DNA of 64,000 nucleotides from Geosiphon pyriformis uo1 (Eukaryota; Fungi; Glomeromycota), in NCBI GenBank assembly GCA_016748015.1, contig JAAOMT010000577.1, positions 350,489 through 414,488 of the forward strand, given 5' to 3'. Made by a program: the position numbers and the translations under genes. Positions 1-14,000 of this stretch are shown here, piece after piece (positions within the stretch are counted from its first letter, which is position 1; the number at the start of each line of letters is the position of its first letter). The notes under the pieces were generated by a model. It was not told the DNA's origin, searched no databases, and saw nothing but the letters and a program-made list of their open reading frames with translations.

Positions 1-507
1 TTATACTTATATTAATAAAAATATCTATTATTATCATTACTTGATTAAAAAATATTAATTAATTCTATACTATTAACAATTTATGTTAATAAAATTTAAT
101 ATTTAACTACATTAGACCAATAGTTTTTAATTATGATTATTGAAAAAATACTAATTTTTTAATTTTTTTTTTGTTTTTTTTTGTTTTTTTATTGTTTATT
201 AATTGATTAAAAAAATTAAGTGCTAAGTAATTGATATTAAAAATAGTCTGATAAAAAATCTGTAAAACAAAAATAAAAAACTTAAAAATAGCTTATCAAA
301 AAAATACAACTATTAAAATAAACTGGCCACCATATTAAAAACAAAAATTAAGGAAAACCATCAATTGAATTTTTGTTTATTATACAAAAAACTCAACCAA
401 AACTTTTAGACTTTAAAACTTTTAGAAATTACTATTATACTTAACTATTAAGTACTAAGTTATGAGTTTGTTATTTGCTTTAACATTTCAAATAATTATC
501 TGTAACA
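1..507 (+). mobile_element. Family A LTR, 3' part, cut by the window edge; probably a solo or 3' LTR
   Basis: Aligns with the 3' part of the LTRs at 21138-21997 and 27975-28827 (aagttatgagtttgttatttg...tgtaaca). Ends TAACA at 507. No TGGTGCTC PBS follows. Confidence 0.8.
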
Positions 508-3500
508 ATAACTAACAATTTTATTAAGACTTTGATTACTACTACTTCAACCAAATTTCGGATTTACCAGTAATTGGTAGAAACCAAATCTGAAAAAAAA
601 AAATAATAATCAAAAAATTAATAATTAAAATCTGATTTCAACTAACCTAAAAGTTCAAACTTTGATTGTTTAAACTCAACAAAATCTGAACAATTAAAAT
701 CTTATTCTTATTTTTTAACAAATTTTATCTTAAGTTATCTGGATCAATTTATCACCAAACACACTAATAGTTATTTTTTAATAACTATAAATCAACTTAT
801 TTATAAGACAAATAATATACATACCAATTGCCAAACTTAAAAAATTCATCAATGAAAAAGATAATGTTTAAATATGGCTAAATAATATAACAAAAGCCAT
901 TGCAGCCAACAGATGGGACAATATTAAAGCTTTTTAAGTTATTCTATATTTTTTACAAGACACTGCAAACTTATAGTATTAGAGCCTAATAAACAAATTA
1001 CAAGATTTTAATATGTTTAAAGTTATATTTTTATAATATTTTAATAATTACAACGGTATTAATTATCTGTTAACTGGTTTTATTACAATTAAACAAAGTA
1101 ACACAAAAGCAGTCACTATTTAATTGAAATGCTTCTACAAAAATCTGTATTAGATTTAAGCAATTAATGCAAATTACTTTATAGTATCACAAATATTAAA
1201 GTAATTTATTTGTGAATTATATAGTAGTTTTGTGTAATAAGTATATTTATTACATTCAAATATGTTTTAAAACACAGTTATACATGCCAGAAATTTTAAA
1301 AAAATAATACTTGAAGTTAACTATGTCCAAACCATAAATCTAATAATAAACAGACTATCTGAATTGAATTCAAAGTTAAAACAATTTAGTGATTTAATTA
1401 ATCAGAAATTAAAAAGATATTTAGCTAATAATACAACAATTTATTAATCTTTTTAATACTACAACTATTAAAAAAACTCAGAATTAATTATGTTCACAGA
1501 TAGTTTACCAATCTCAATAAATTCAAGCACAGCTTCAAATTTTAATTTAAATTACCAACAAAAATCAAGAGCCAAGAATCAACTACATCTAACAAAATTG
1601 AAAATTAGCAATAGTCATGCATTAACTAATCTCCAGTTTTTCAAACCAGCCATCAGAATTATGTTTAAAAAATTTGGGAAATTGGTATGTTTAAAATTCG
1701 AATTTTCAAAACTATTTAAGCCTCTTGGTTACTCCAGAAAATACTTAATCTAACAATTCAAAACTATTAAAAAACCATCTATCAACAATATTTTATTAGC
1801 AACTGTTACTAAAAATAAATTACTTGTTACTATATTTCTTTTTAAATTAAAAAACTGAATTAAAATACTGTTATTTAGTAGAATTGTTTTCAACACTAAA
1901 CCAATTACTATCATGTATACTAATATTAAAGTTGATAGTCAATTTATCAAACTAATCCTTAATAGTAATTTAGTAGGCAGCATTATTACACAACAACTCA
2001 TAGATTAATTAAATTATTAAGTTAATTAAGCTATTAATGCCAGAATTATTACTGTTGATAAAGCAACAAAAACTTCTATTGGTAAAATTGATGACTTTTT
2101 TTTTGATGTCAATGGTCTTATCATATTAATTAAAATATTAGTAATAGAAATCATATAGTATCAAGCTTTTATTAATAATGACTAATTGTTCAAAACAAAT
2201 GTCATATTCAATTAAAATATTTAAGAACTTCAGTTAATATTTAGTGGTCAACATAATTAAGTATTTGCCATCTATAATTACTTTAAAGCTTCTTTAAAAA
2301 AACAACTATTAATTGAGTTGAAAAAAAAAAACCTACTTGGAAAACTTATTAAGTTTCATGAACTGAAAATAAACACAATAAATTACTACTTATACTTACT
2401 TAAAAAAAAAAAAAAGACAAACTTCAAGCTATTACCACCATAAAAAAACTAGTTAACAGTTGGAATATCTTATATTTAACACTAATATTAAGAAAACATT
2501 TATTTTATATCTTATTTAGGTACATAAATTACAACAAAAAACTTTTATGCATAGAAGTTTGAATCTTTTTAGAAAAAAAATATGAAACACATACTTGTTA
2601 TTATTGTAAAATATGTTATTAAGAATGCTTTTGATATTTAAAACAACAAAAAAAATAGAACAATAAATTTTATTTAATTTGTAAAGAAACTCTATTCAAT
2701 AAAAAAATATAGAATAATATTTCTGGTTAAAAAAAAATGTGCAATATATTATGTTAATACATAATTTTTATTAGCAATTGGGTAAGCAGAAAAACATTTT
2801 TTAATATTATATAGAACAGAGTTTTTTCATGTTTGAATGACTATTTACATAATAAAAATAAAATCTGGCAAATAGCAAGTACTAAAGTTAAAGACATTTT
2901 ATTTAGTAAAATATTAACAATTAAAACCAATTCACCAAAACTCATTAAAACTGTTCTCATTCCAAACTCAGATATTTTTGTTGACATTATAAGTAATCCA
3001 AAACAATTTTATAAATACTAACAAAATCTAGTACTTACTTGAAAAGAACAAAAACAGTATTTAAAACAATTAAATATTGAACTCTATAAATATTGCCTAA
3101 TTTTCAGTAATTTCAAATATTGTAATAATTATAACTTTATTTACAATTTATTATTGTGTATAATTTATTCAATTTTTAAAGAAAAAGAACTAATCAGCAG
3201 TTGTATTTTAAAATCAAAATTGAAACTTAATTTTAATTTAAACTTTAATAATAAAGACAAAAATGGTTTTAATACTATTTACAATAATAATAACAACAAA
3301 AATAACAATAATTCAAACTTTAATAAAAATCCAAAACAATATATTATATTTCTAAACTTATTAATAGAACAGAAATTTAAATAATTTAGTGATAACAATA
3401 AAGATATTATGTCAAAATACATACATAATATTAATACAGAGTTTGATTTCAAATAATCTGAAAAAACTGTCATCAAATTGGAATTCTATTTACATACTAG

Positions 3501-4849
3501 CATAGATTTAAAATTAGCATTAAAAATTCTAACAACAACAATAATATAATTAGTGTTTAGATTTAATTTAGCAAAAAAAAGAATTAATATCAGAGAAAAA
3601 TAATTAACACAAAATATGTAGAAAATATTATTTTAATACTACAAAATAAATCAGAAAAATCATACACAATTGAACTAAATAAAAAAATAACATAGACATA
3701 TTTCTGTTTTTAATAAAAATAGTTCAGTTAATATTAATAAAAACAAAAAAAGAATTAGAGATAACAGCAAAAAAGATAAATGAATTTAAATTTATGAATA
3801 GAATAAAAATACCAATTAATATAATAGAAGAGAAAACAATTAATAAGAAAAAAATTATTTTTATATATTAATTAATTTTTATTCTACTATATGATCAGCA
3901 TATATTAACTATAAAAAAAAAAGTAAAAAATCAATTTCAAATTCATAAAATAAAACCTATTAATTATAAGTCAAGAAAAATTGCTATTACTAATTTCTAC
4001 ATATCAGCCAAAAATCATAAACATATTAAGATTCTAATATATAACACAATCAAAACTTAATAGAAATACTAAGTAAAACTATCATCAAATACTTAAATAT
4101 AAAAGTTGAGAATTAGATACTGATTACCATTTCTAATTTTTTACAAATTTGTAAATATGTAAACATTACATCACAGACTATTTTTAGATAAAAAGAATGC
4201 TATTTGTTATAATAAAAACAACTAGAACAAATAAACTTAGAAAACTTAAATTCACTCCAATATATGCAAATTAAACTGCCACTTAACAATTTTATTGACA
4301 TTTTTGCGAGTAAAAACAAATTTGGCAGCATCAAATTAAAACTGAAAATGCAATACTAATTAAACAAAAAACATACTAAATACTACTTATCAGTTATAAA
4401 ATCATTTAGCAAAAGATCAACTACATATTGAACAATAAATTAATTTAACTATTAATAAGTCTATAGTCATTACTAGTAATACTTGTTTGTAAAAAAAATA
4501 GAAAGATCTACTTTTGCATAAATTATAGAAAACTTAACAGTATTATTTATGGAGACAGTTATTCAACTTTATGAATTTAAAAATTATTTAATGCTTTTGG
4601 AAGAAAGAAATAGTTTTTTACATTAAACTTAGACAGTAATTACTGATAAATAGCCATAAATTCAGCTAACAAAAAAAAGATAGCATTTACTATCAGAGAA
4701 AAAAACTTTAAATTTAATGTTATGCCTTTTGGCTTAACTAATATTTCAGCCATCTTTTAATAGCTAACAAAAATTGTTTATACTAGATTACTATAAAAAT
4801 CAATAATAGTCTATTTAGATAACATTAATATATTCTCTAAAACATTTAA
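508..4849 (+). pseudogene. gag-pol: Heavily eroded family A Gypsy-like internal region: gag capsid (~826-1450), protease (~1900-2280), dUTPase (~3400-3800), RT N-half (~4330-4849)
   Basis: Collinear with 22640-27290. Remnant motifs: PIAKL, ILNSNLVGSIIT (protease DSG site), FNVMPFGLTN, YLDNINIFSKTF. Many stops and frameshifts. Confidence 0.85.
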
Positions 4850-5021
4850 GATTAATTATCTCAATTTTATTTGAATCTGTTTTAATGTTATCTTTGCTTA
4901 TAATATATCCCAAAAACTTGAGTTCAGTTTTTCTAAAAAAATACTTAATAGCATTCAATTTTAATTCTGCTTTTCTTAATTTTTTGAACACTTGTTAAAG
5001 ATAATAAAAATAATTATTAAA
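4850..5021 (-). pseudogene. Inverted RT fragment that directly continues the preceding + strand RT
   Basis: Reverse complement reads FNNY..L*QVFKKLRKAELKLNAIKY...KTELKFLGYIISKDNIKTDSNKIEII, the segment that follows FSKTF in copies D, F and G. Confidence 0.8.
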
Positions 5022-5031
5022 AAGGAAATTA

Positions 5032-5972
5032 TGTTATTATTAGAATTTTAGCTATTAATTAGCATAAAATTACTCTTATAATTTCTATTATTAATTAGTA
5101 TATATTATTATTAGTTTAACTATTACTTATTATTTAATCAAATTATCAAATATTATGATTCAATTAATAACCTAATTTGTATAATACACAATATAATAAT
5201 TAGATCATACAATATACCAAATTCTAAAACATTTGTAAAAATTTGCAAAAATCTTAATAGTTTACCAAAATAATTCATAGTTTATAAAAATATCTTGTAG
5301 TTTGTTAAAATAATATCTTTAGTTCACTGAAATAATAGCAAAAAAAAAGTACAAGTTCAAAAACTAGTACTATAACAAGTTGTATAAAAGAAAAGCTTCT
5401 TTTTTTAAGAAAATATATATTATATTAGATTGATTTTCCTATAATAATATTTTTACTTATACATTAAATAAAAATTATATTTTACAAAACACAAAATTTT
5501 TATTTATTGTATTTGAAATTTTTCAAAACTCCAACTAATATTTTAAAATTAATTAGTTATTATTTTCAGTAATCTATTAGTGACTTCAGGTCTGAACAAA
5601 AAACAATTCTCTTAACAAAATTCTATTTTTTTTAAAATTTTTTATTTTTTTGTTTTTTTGATTTAATTATTAAAATAGCCTACAGACAAAATTTCTATAA
5701 AAGAGTTGACTTTCACAGCAAAATAATAACACATTTTAGTGAACTTCTAAACAAGTAATTTTTGGAAAAAAGTTGACATTTATTACAATGTAACTATACA
5801 AAGTAACTGGTATAAGATTGGTCATCTTACTTATAAGAGCAGTTTAAATTATAAAAGATAATTTGAAAATAAATTCAGTTATTGGAGGTTCAATAACTTC
5901 TAAGAAACATGAATTTACAACAAACAGACATTAATAATATTCAAGAAAAAAAACCAAAAATCTCTGATAACA
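5032..5972 (+). mobile_element. Solo LTR, family B (B' variant)
   Basis: TGTTA...TAACA ends. Aligns with 30454-31460 and, more closely, with the reverse complement of 46225-47284. Flanks ATTA/ATAT do not form a TSD. Confidence 0.85.
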
Positions 5973-6117
5973 ATATAAATCTGATTATTTTTTTAAATTT
6001 TAAAAAAGTAGTAGCTTCTCTAAAATTATTAACTAATAAGAATTATTTTTTAATTACTTGAATTTTTACTGTTGTTAATTTGTTTTTTACTGCTAAAAAA
6101 TTAATATTCAAAACAAA

Positions 6118-8157
6118 GCTTTGTATTATCTATTTTTGTATAGTTTAAAGCTCTTTAAGCAAATATAATCTGAAAAAAAAATGTCTTTATTAATTGCTTT
6201 TTTTAATGCATTGGGCATTTTTGGAAATTTGTTTAAATATAAGTTCTTAAATTTGCAGGTTCTGAAATAGTTCTTTTTAAACTCATTACAGTTTCTGTTA
6301 AGTTGTGTATTAGTTCAATAAACAATTTTTTGGCTAAGATAGTAAGAATTTTTTTGAACAATAATTTATCTTTAATAAACAATTTGTCTAATGTATTTTG
6401 TGGTTTTAGTAAATTTCTAATATTAAACATTTTGAAAAATTTTTTGTATTTTAGCTCTGTTCTTTCTTTAAAGTAATTTGGAGTTGCTTTTAGTAACAAA
6501 CTTTTAAACAAAAAAGAGAATATAATAAGTTAAAAAACATTTTGTTAATAAAAAAAATTGGATTCAAAGGACTCTGTACCTTATTAATTCAAGTTAGTAT
6601 TTAAATTTTTAATTAATAAGAATTCTTTAGTTGTTGATTTTACTATTGCTAATAGATTACTTAGTTTAGATATTTTGAGATTTAAAAAATTCTCTAATAT
6701 GCAGAAGTGTTTGCTTAAGATTTGGTTTGATTCTATTAAAATTTATATGAATGGTTCTTTAAAATGTGCTAATTTTACTAAAGTTGCTAATAAGACAACT
6801 GCATACTTTCTGGCTGTAAATACAGGTGTTAGTGTTAAAGTACATGGTCTTTTGTCCTTTATAATGACTGAGTTATAGACTGTTGTTCTGTTCTTAAAGT
6901 ATGTTCTATTTTTTTGTGTAATAGTTTTACATTTGGACAGCCAATTTGTTATTAATACATGTGTTTTTAAAGTTTTATTTACTGTACCAGACTTCTATAA
7001 TTAGTATTAAATAAAAAGAAAAAAGATTGCTAATCTAATTAAGGATAAAGATTTTTTCATTATGTAGTTTAAAATTAAAAATTATTTAAGTATTCTAGAC
7101 AATATTTGAGCTGATGTAATAGTTGTTAAGACTGCTTATCCCTTTTTTTTACCAATTGAAATTCAGAGTTATTTTATGATGACTGAAAATATGACTGTAT
7201 TTGGTAATGCTTATTATTTTGTTTGTGATTTATACAAATCTATTTGTTATGTTTAATAGGAGATTGGCTTTAGTTATAATATGATTTTGAATATACTAAT
7301 TAAGAAGATAAATTAACTAGCTACTGTAAAGATCTGACATCTTAACTTGCATATGCTTTTTAAGTTTATTAGTAAAAAGTCTGCAAATATGCATATGTAC
7401 TTAATAAAAACTGTATATAAGCAACTATTAGTAATAATTAAAAAGAGATTATATAATAAAATATATCCTAATATGCTGTATTTGTTATGTAGTAAAGTGA
7501 AATCTTCCAATCATGTTTTTGCTTGTGCTAGAGATAGTGGTATTTAGAAAGATATTTTGGTGAAAACTTTTGAAAAATGGGTTTTATTGATAGGTGCTTA
7601 CTGTTTATTTTTTTTTGTTGTTCTGTAAATTTTTTTTTAGTGTTTATTAAATATATATTTATATATGACAATTTGCAAAAATTTGTGCTGAAAAATTGGT
7701 ATGTCAAAGCTATTATGATTTTTAATAGAAAAGTGAAAACAGTTTCTGCTTTTGTTAAATATATAAGATATTTGATAGAATTGTATTAGACTAAAATATG
7801 GCTTATAAAATTAAAACATAAAATAAACATGGAAAAAGCTGAATTGGTCAAAAATTGTGGCATAATTTCAAATTTGCTTTGTTGTATAATATCTATGTTA
7901 TTGAATAAAGTGGTTTAATTACTTGGTATAATAGAGTTTTTTACAGTTAGTTTTAGTAAACATAAACAGTGTCCTTTTTTTTCTGGTTTAAGTAAAGATG
8001 TATATATTAGTATAGATATTTAATATTGTCTTGTCTGGTCCAAGTAACTGGGCACATATAATAAAAACATGAACTGCATTTAGTTTAAGCTACTTAGTTT
8101 GGTTTTATATATTAGATAGTAGTTAGATTTTACTCATTAAATGTTTAATAAAAAAAA
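6118..8157 (+). mobile_element. 5'-truncated, eroded LINE (RNase H, CCHC finger, 3' UTR, A tail)
   Basis: Collinear with 13841-15884. RNase H remnant IYMNGSLK...TEL; CLLCSKVKSSNHVFAC finger; 3' UTR homologous to 15752-15884, ending in AATAAAAAAAA. Confidence 0.85.
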
Positions 8158-9101
8158 TATTTTATTTTAAATTTTTTATGTTAATTAATTTTGTTTTAGA
8201 TTGAATTTTTTAAAATAAATAAAATATTCAACTTTTTTATAATATATTTATTAAAAAAATATATAATTATTCTTAAATTATATTTCAAATTAAAAACTTA
8301 TTATTTATTGTTTATGTTAAAAGTTACTGATTTTTAATCTAATATTTATTTTGGTTTTATTAAAAAGATTAAAATTTTGCAATATTTTTTAATTTAAAAA
8401 TTTAAATTGTAAATAACATATTAAAATTTTTGTATTAATATTAGTATAAAGTTATTTTAAAAATATATAAATAACAGTTTAACAAATTAATAATTATAAT
8501 TATAAATATTAAAATATTTTAATATAAAACTATATATATTATTTTACAAATTAATATTAATAGTAATTAATATAGCTTAACAATATAAAAAATACTAATA
8601 TCTATAGTTAATATACTGTTATAGTTAAAATTTTTACTTTATAATATTAATTTATATTACTTAGTCATAATAAATTATATGTATTAATTATTAATATTAT
8701 TAATTATTAATGTAATTATTAATTTGATCAATAATTTATTTATTAACTTATTTATTAATTTAGTTATTTACTTAATTATTAATTTTTTTTAAAAATATAT
8801 AAACAATATTTTTTAAAATTATAAAAAAATATTTATATTTAAATTTATATTTAAATTAATATAATAATATCAACTTTTTTTTTTTTTTTTACTATTTTTA
8901 TTTTTATTTTTATTTATATTATTGTTAATTTTTGTAATAAATAATTAAAAAACTAATATAATATTAATTAATAAAAAAATCTTTCTCTTGTCAATCCTCT
9001 GATCATGATGAGAGCAAAAGATTTTTTGGAAAAATTGCTTTTCTTTCTTCTTTTCCCCTTAGTTTATTCAAGCTATTTCTTTTACTGAACTCTTTTTTGT
9101 C

Positions 9102-11066
9102 ATGATAGAACCAGTTGGCTTGTCTGCTGGTGGCTTTGGCTTGATTTCAGCTGGTCTGAGGACCTGTATGAATGCTAAAAAGAACCATTTGGATAGTGTG
9201 TATTCTCATGGTGCTTCACAAAAAAAACCAAGGAAGCATGTCACTGGAGTGAGTATTATTGATTTGTCTGCTGGCTCTTTGAGTCTTGAGGATGTGGCAA
9301 GCATTGGTGGGAAGTTTGCTGTGTCTTGAAGCAGTAAGGTGAGTAGCGAAGCTAGTAGTATCAGTGGTCTGTCTAATGTAGAAAACATGAGGAATATGGT
9401 CACTGAGAAAACAAGTTACACAGAGTCTGACAATTCAGTGGTTAATAAGGACATGAATAACACAATGCCACGAAAAACTCACACTCAAATGTACATGCTC
9501 GGCCAACCTTCTAAAAGTCTAGTGTTTACCCATATGAGTGATGTCAATGATGACAATGCTATATTGCTTCTATCATCTAATTTCAGTGGTTCCAAGTGTC
9601 TCCCATTGGCTGAGTTATGTGTTTTGGAAAAACGGTGCTTCAATTCAACCAAATTTTTTGCTCTTGATATTGAGCTTTCAGCTGTATCTGATAAGACTAT
9701 TGGTGATAAGTTGATTTGTGTGAAAAATTTTTTTTATTAAATAGATGGTTTTGGGGAGATATCAACTCCCTCAAAATTTCCTGGGATTATTAGATCTTTA
9801 TTTACATCAGAGTTGAGTTTAAAAAGGGCTAGGAAATTGGCAATTTATGAGAAAATTGTGGCAAATAATAATGTCAGACAAGTAAACAAACTTTTGGATT
9901 GGGTAATTATTGTTAAGAAGATTCCAGTTGATCTTTTTAAATTGGCTGTAGAATCTGTTTTTTCCAAGTTTGGCAGGGTTGTATCAATTAAGATACAATT
10001 GATTGGCCTGTGGCAAAAAGCTTTAGTGGAGTTTGAGTCATCTGAAATAGCTGATTTGGTTGTAGCTAGATGGTCTGTTTTCATAAGAAAGAATTCTGTT
10101 CATGTGGCAAAAGCTGTTGAGAATAAACAATCGTAAATTTTCAAAGATCTACATTGGGCATTGCTTTATACTTTTCCAGTTGGTACAACAGCTCATGATC
10201 TTTCAGATTTGTTAAAATCATATGGTGAGAAGACTTGTTTCATTGGCCGTAATCTCAGTTCATATGTGTGTGATAGATGTGCAATTGTGTGTTTTGGTGA
10301 TGAGGCATCCAAATTGGCTGCTATTAGTTCTGTTTTAGTTTATAAGGGTGTAAATTTGCATTGGGCTGGTCTTTTTCTGGCTTGTTGTGCCAAGTGTAAA
10401 CAATTGGATCATATCTCTATGGAGTGTTCATTGGGCAGAAATTCTAGTGCTTATAATAAGTGGGTGGTAAATTCTCAGGATCAGATGTGATTGGCCAACA
10501 TATATAAGAAAAAGCAGGCTTCTATTGCTCATCCAGTTTTTTTTGGTGGCAAAACTTGGGCTCAAGTTGCTGGTGTGTCTCTTTCTCATGTGGTTTCTTC
10601 AGTTTCTTCTGGTGCTGGTGTGTCTTCTGGTGAGAAACCATCATCATTGATGTCTTCTCCTCCTGATGTCTCTGGTTTAAGTAATCATTTGGCAGCTCTA
10701 GAATGCTCTTTGAAGCTTTTGGCAGATCAAGTGTTGGATATTTTAAAAAGATTGAATGGTGTTGAATTGGTGCTATTGGTATCTCCCTCTTGTGTTTTTC
10801 CACTGGCTATCTTTGTGCCTAAAATGTCAGTCTTGAATTTGGATATGCTTGTGGATAGCATGTTAGCATCTTCCAACTCCCTCCCTTCAAATGTTAATGT
10901 ATTGGGTGCTGGTTTTAGTTTTAGCATTTCTAAGGTTTTAACTACCAAGGTGGATGGTTTGGAATCTAAATTGTCAGCTTTGGATGCTTCTGTTGGTACA
11001 GTTTTAGCAAGATTGGATCATTTGTGTGTTGGTGCTGGTTTTTTGCTCCCTCAATTTCCCCAATGA
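9102..11066 (+). pseudogene. LINE ORF1: RRM-like domains and CCHC zinc knuckle
   Basis: ORF pieces 9102, 9339, 9813, 10161 and 10491 share one frame, separated by point stops. RRM-like IIVKKIPVDL...FSKFGRVVSIKI...ALVEF; knuckle CAKCKQLDHISMEC. Confidence 0.85.
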
Positions 11067-14000
11067 GCAGTCTGGTTTGGAAATTTGCTACGTGTAATGT
11101 TTATGGTCTGACTGTTTCTGTTAAACAAGGGGATGTTGTCCATTGGCATAAAGAATCAGGCAATATGGTGTCTTTTATTACAAAAACCAAGTTGTGCTCT
11201 AGCATTAAACTTTGGATTGCTGATAGGTTCAATGACATCTGTATTTTTATGTCAGGTCTGGATAAGGGGTTTTTTGATGCTGGGGTGGCCATTATTATGA
11301 ACAGTTCCTTGGCTCATCATGTTTCTAAGGTGGAGGAAGTTTCCGGTCGGGTTATTTCTGTTCGGCTCTTGTTTAAGGACAAGCTTTTAGTCACTTTTTT
11401 GGGATTGTATGCAGGTGCCTCTTCTGGGATCAGATATGGTCAGGCTTTTAAGATTAATTCTCTCATTGCGAGGGCTGTTAACTCCAGCACTTTTGTTGTT
11501 TTGAATAGAGACTTTAATGAAAATAGATCTGGTAAAAGTGTGAGTTTCAAATTTTGTTTGAATTTGGGTTTGGTCAATTCATTTGTTGGTTTTCATTTGG
11601 CTGGATCTTCTACATGGAGCAACTCAAAAGAAGTTGAAAAAACAATTGATTACATTTTTGTTAGTGGGAACTTATTATTTACTGTTGCTGATCATAAGGT
11701 TGCCTCAGTCTCAGTTTTTTTGACACTGACCACAGGGTGGTAGTGGTGTCAATCAGCTTAGGTGAGCTTCTGGATGTTCATTTGAATAGCTTGCATAAAC
11801 AGGCAAACAGGGATTGTTGGAAGTTCAAAATCAAGGATGCTGGCTGTGTTCAATGGGCCAAGTTCAAGGATCTCTTGTCAGCCAAGCTCATATTATTGGG
11901 TAAGTTGTTCTCTGGTGCTGAATTATGTGGGGATGTAGATGCTATGTGGGCAGTTTTGGAGAAAGCTGTGGTGATGTCTGCTGATGTAACATTTTTGAGA
12001 CATTGGTTTAACAAATTTAAGTGTTCGAGAAACAAACATTCTTCTAAGTTTTTTGGTTTGGAATTGTTGGTGGCCAAGATTGTCAAGCATTTCATTCTAA
12101 TGATCTGTCTGAAATCAATCATCTAGTGAGTAGATGATCAACTTTGGATGATGCCAAGGCTCATGCTTTTAATGTCTTATTCTGCTCAGGTGTGAAGTCT
12201 GAAGTTATTGTTAAACATTTGTTATTGGTCTGCAGAGACTATAAAAAGTCAAAGATGTTTAAGTCAAGGTTGGCTAAGGAAGCTTCTATCAGAAAGACAA
12301 TTGAAAGATGCATGAAAAATTTCTGTTTGGATAAAGATAGTATGATCAGAAGTGTGTTGAACAGACCTTTTCACAAGGTGGTGTTGGATCACTTAGTGGT
12401 TGACAATAAGCTGATTCTAGAACCTGAGGAGATGAAGTTAAATGTAGACAAGATTATAAAAGGATAGACAAGGAAGTGCTCAGTGCTTTCAGTGCTCTCT
12501 GACCTTTGGGCCCATCAGTATGCACCTTTGGAATATGTTCAGGATGACACTTTTTCTGGTGTTATGTGTGTGGTCAATATGGACAAGTTGCTTCTAGTTG
12601 TTTTTAGTCTGCCTGATAGCAAGGCTGCTGGTTTGTTTGGTATTTCAAATGAGCTGTGGAAACATAGTGGTGAGGTGGCTCTAAGGTGCCTGTTGAAGCT
12701 GTTAAATATGTGTTTGACTGTTGGTTTGGTGCCTGCTTTGTAGAAAGAGATGTGGGTTTCAATGATTCCTAAGCCTTATGATTGAGATGGAGTTCTTACA
12801 AACACTTGGCCCATTGCTTTAATTAAAAGTGCCAGGAAGATCATTTTTAAGATTTTGTTTGATCATATTTCAGTGGCTTGTAACAAGTTTAATGTGCTTC
12901 AAGATGACAATTTTTTGGTGTTGAAGGGTACATCCACACAATCTCTGGTGTTTGCTGTCAGGTCAGTAGTCAAGGATGCTCTTGAAAAAAATAGAGAAGT
13001 GTGATTGGTTTTGCAGAACATACAAAAAGCCTATGATTTGGTAGAATGGCATCATTTAAAGACTAGCTTGTGGTATATCAAGATGTGTGATAGATTTATT
13101 AGGTTTTTTGGTGGTATTTATGAAGACAGAGTTAACAGGGTGATGACTGACTTTGGTTTGTCTGGTGGTTATAGGGTATATGATGGACTGGATCAGGGTA
13201 AAGTCTTTTCGCCTCTTCTGTAGAGGATCTTTTATGACCCTCTTTTATATAAAGTCAAGAGACATGAACAATTGTGTAGGTATCGAATTAATACTAGGTT
13301 TGTTTCGAAGACTGGATGGATTGAGAGTGGTGGAAGTCTTACCTCGTATTTTTCAGCTGGTGCATTTGTTAATGATACAATCTGGATTGGGAATTGTCAA
13401 GCCTTCACTCAGTATGCTTTGAACATTACCAGTAAGTTTTTTGAGGTCAATGATATTTCTATTAACAGTGAGAAGACTGTGGCTATTCTCATCAATCAGG
13501 GTGTTAAAGTTGCTTCATTGAGTATTTGTGGACAGTCTATTTCAATTGCTAAGAAGGGCGAAGCGCATTGCTATTTGGGTATCTTTTTGTTTACTAAGGG
13601 GTTGTCCAAACCAAGTGTTGCCAAAGCTCATACTGATGTTCATTTTTTGTCAATGTTGTGCTTAAAAAGACTATTACAGATAAGCAGTTCTTGTATTTGG
13701 TTTTGGCTGTCTTGCAGCCTATTGTCAGCTATCGTATTCAGTTTAGCTTTGTTTCTTTTAGTGTTTGTCACAAGTGGGATGTATTGGTTAGGAAGAGTCT
13801 TAGGTCTAAAGCTTGTCTTCCCTGTAACTTTTCTGATGCCGCTTTGCATCATCTCTCATTGTATAACCTAAAACCCTTTAAGCAGGTGCAATCTGAAGAG
13901 AAGGTGGCTGCTCTGATAATGTTCTCTAATGCTCCTAGTATTCTTGGGCATTTGTTTAGTCATAGATTTCTGGATTTGCAAGTTCTGAATTGGGCTCCTT

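Noticed and set aside
8158-8973. Near-pure A/T tract as an origin, centromeric element or MITE
   Set aside because: I found no terminal repeats, periodicity or homology. A fully eroded repeat is the simplest reading, but it cannot be assigned.
8999-9020. Hammerhead ribozyme core (CTGATCATGATGAGAGCAAAA resembles CUGAUGA...GAAA)
   Set aside because: No exact CUGANGA or GAAA box and no three-stem arrangement. A simple hairpin explains the sequence.
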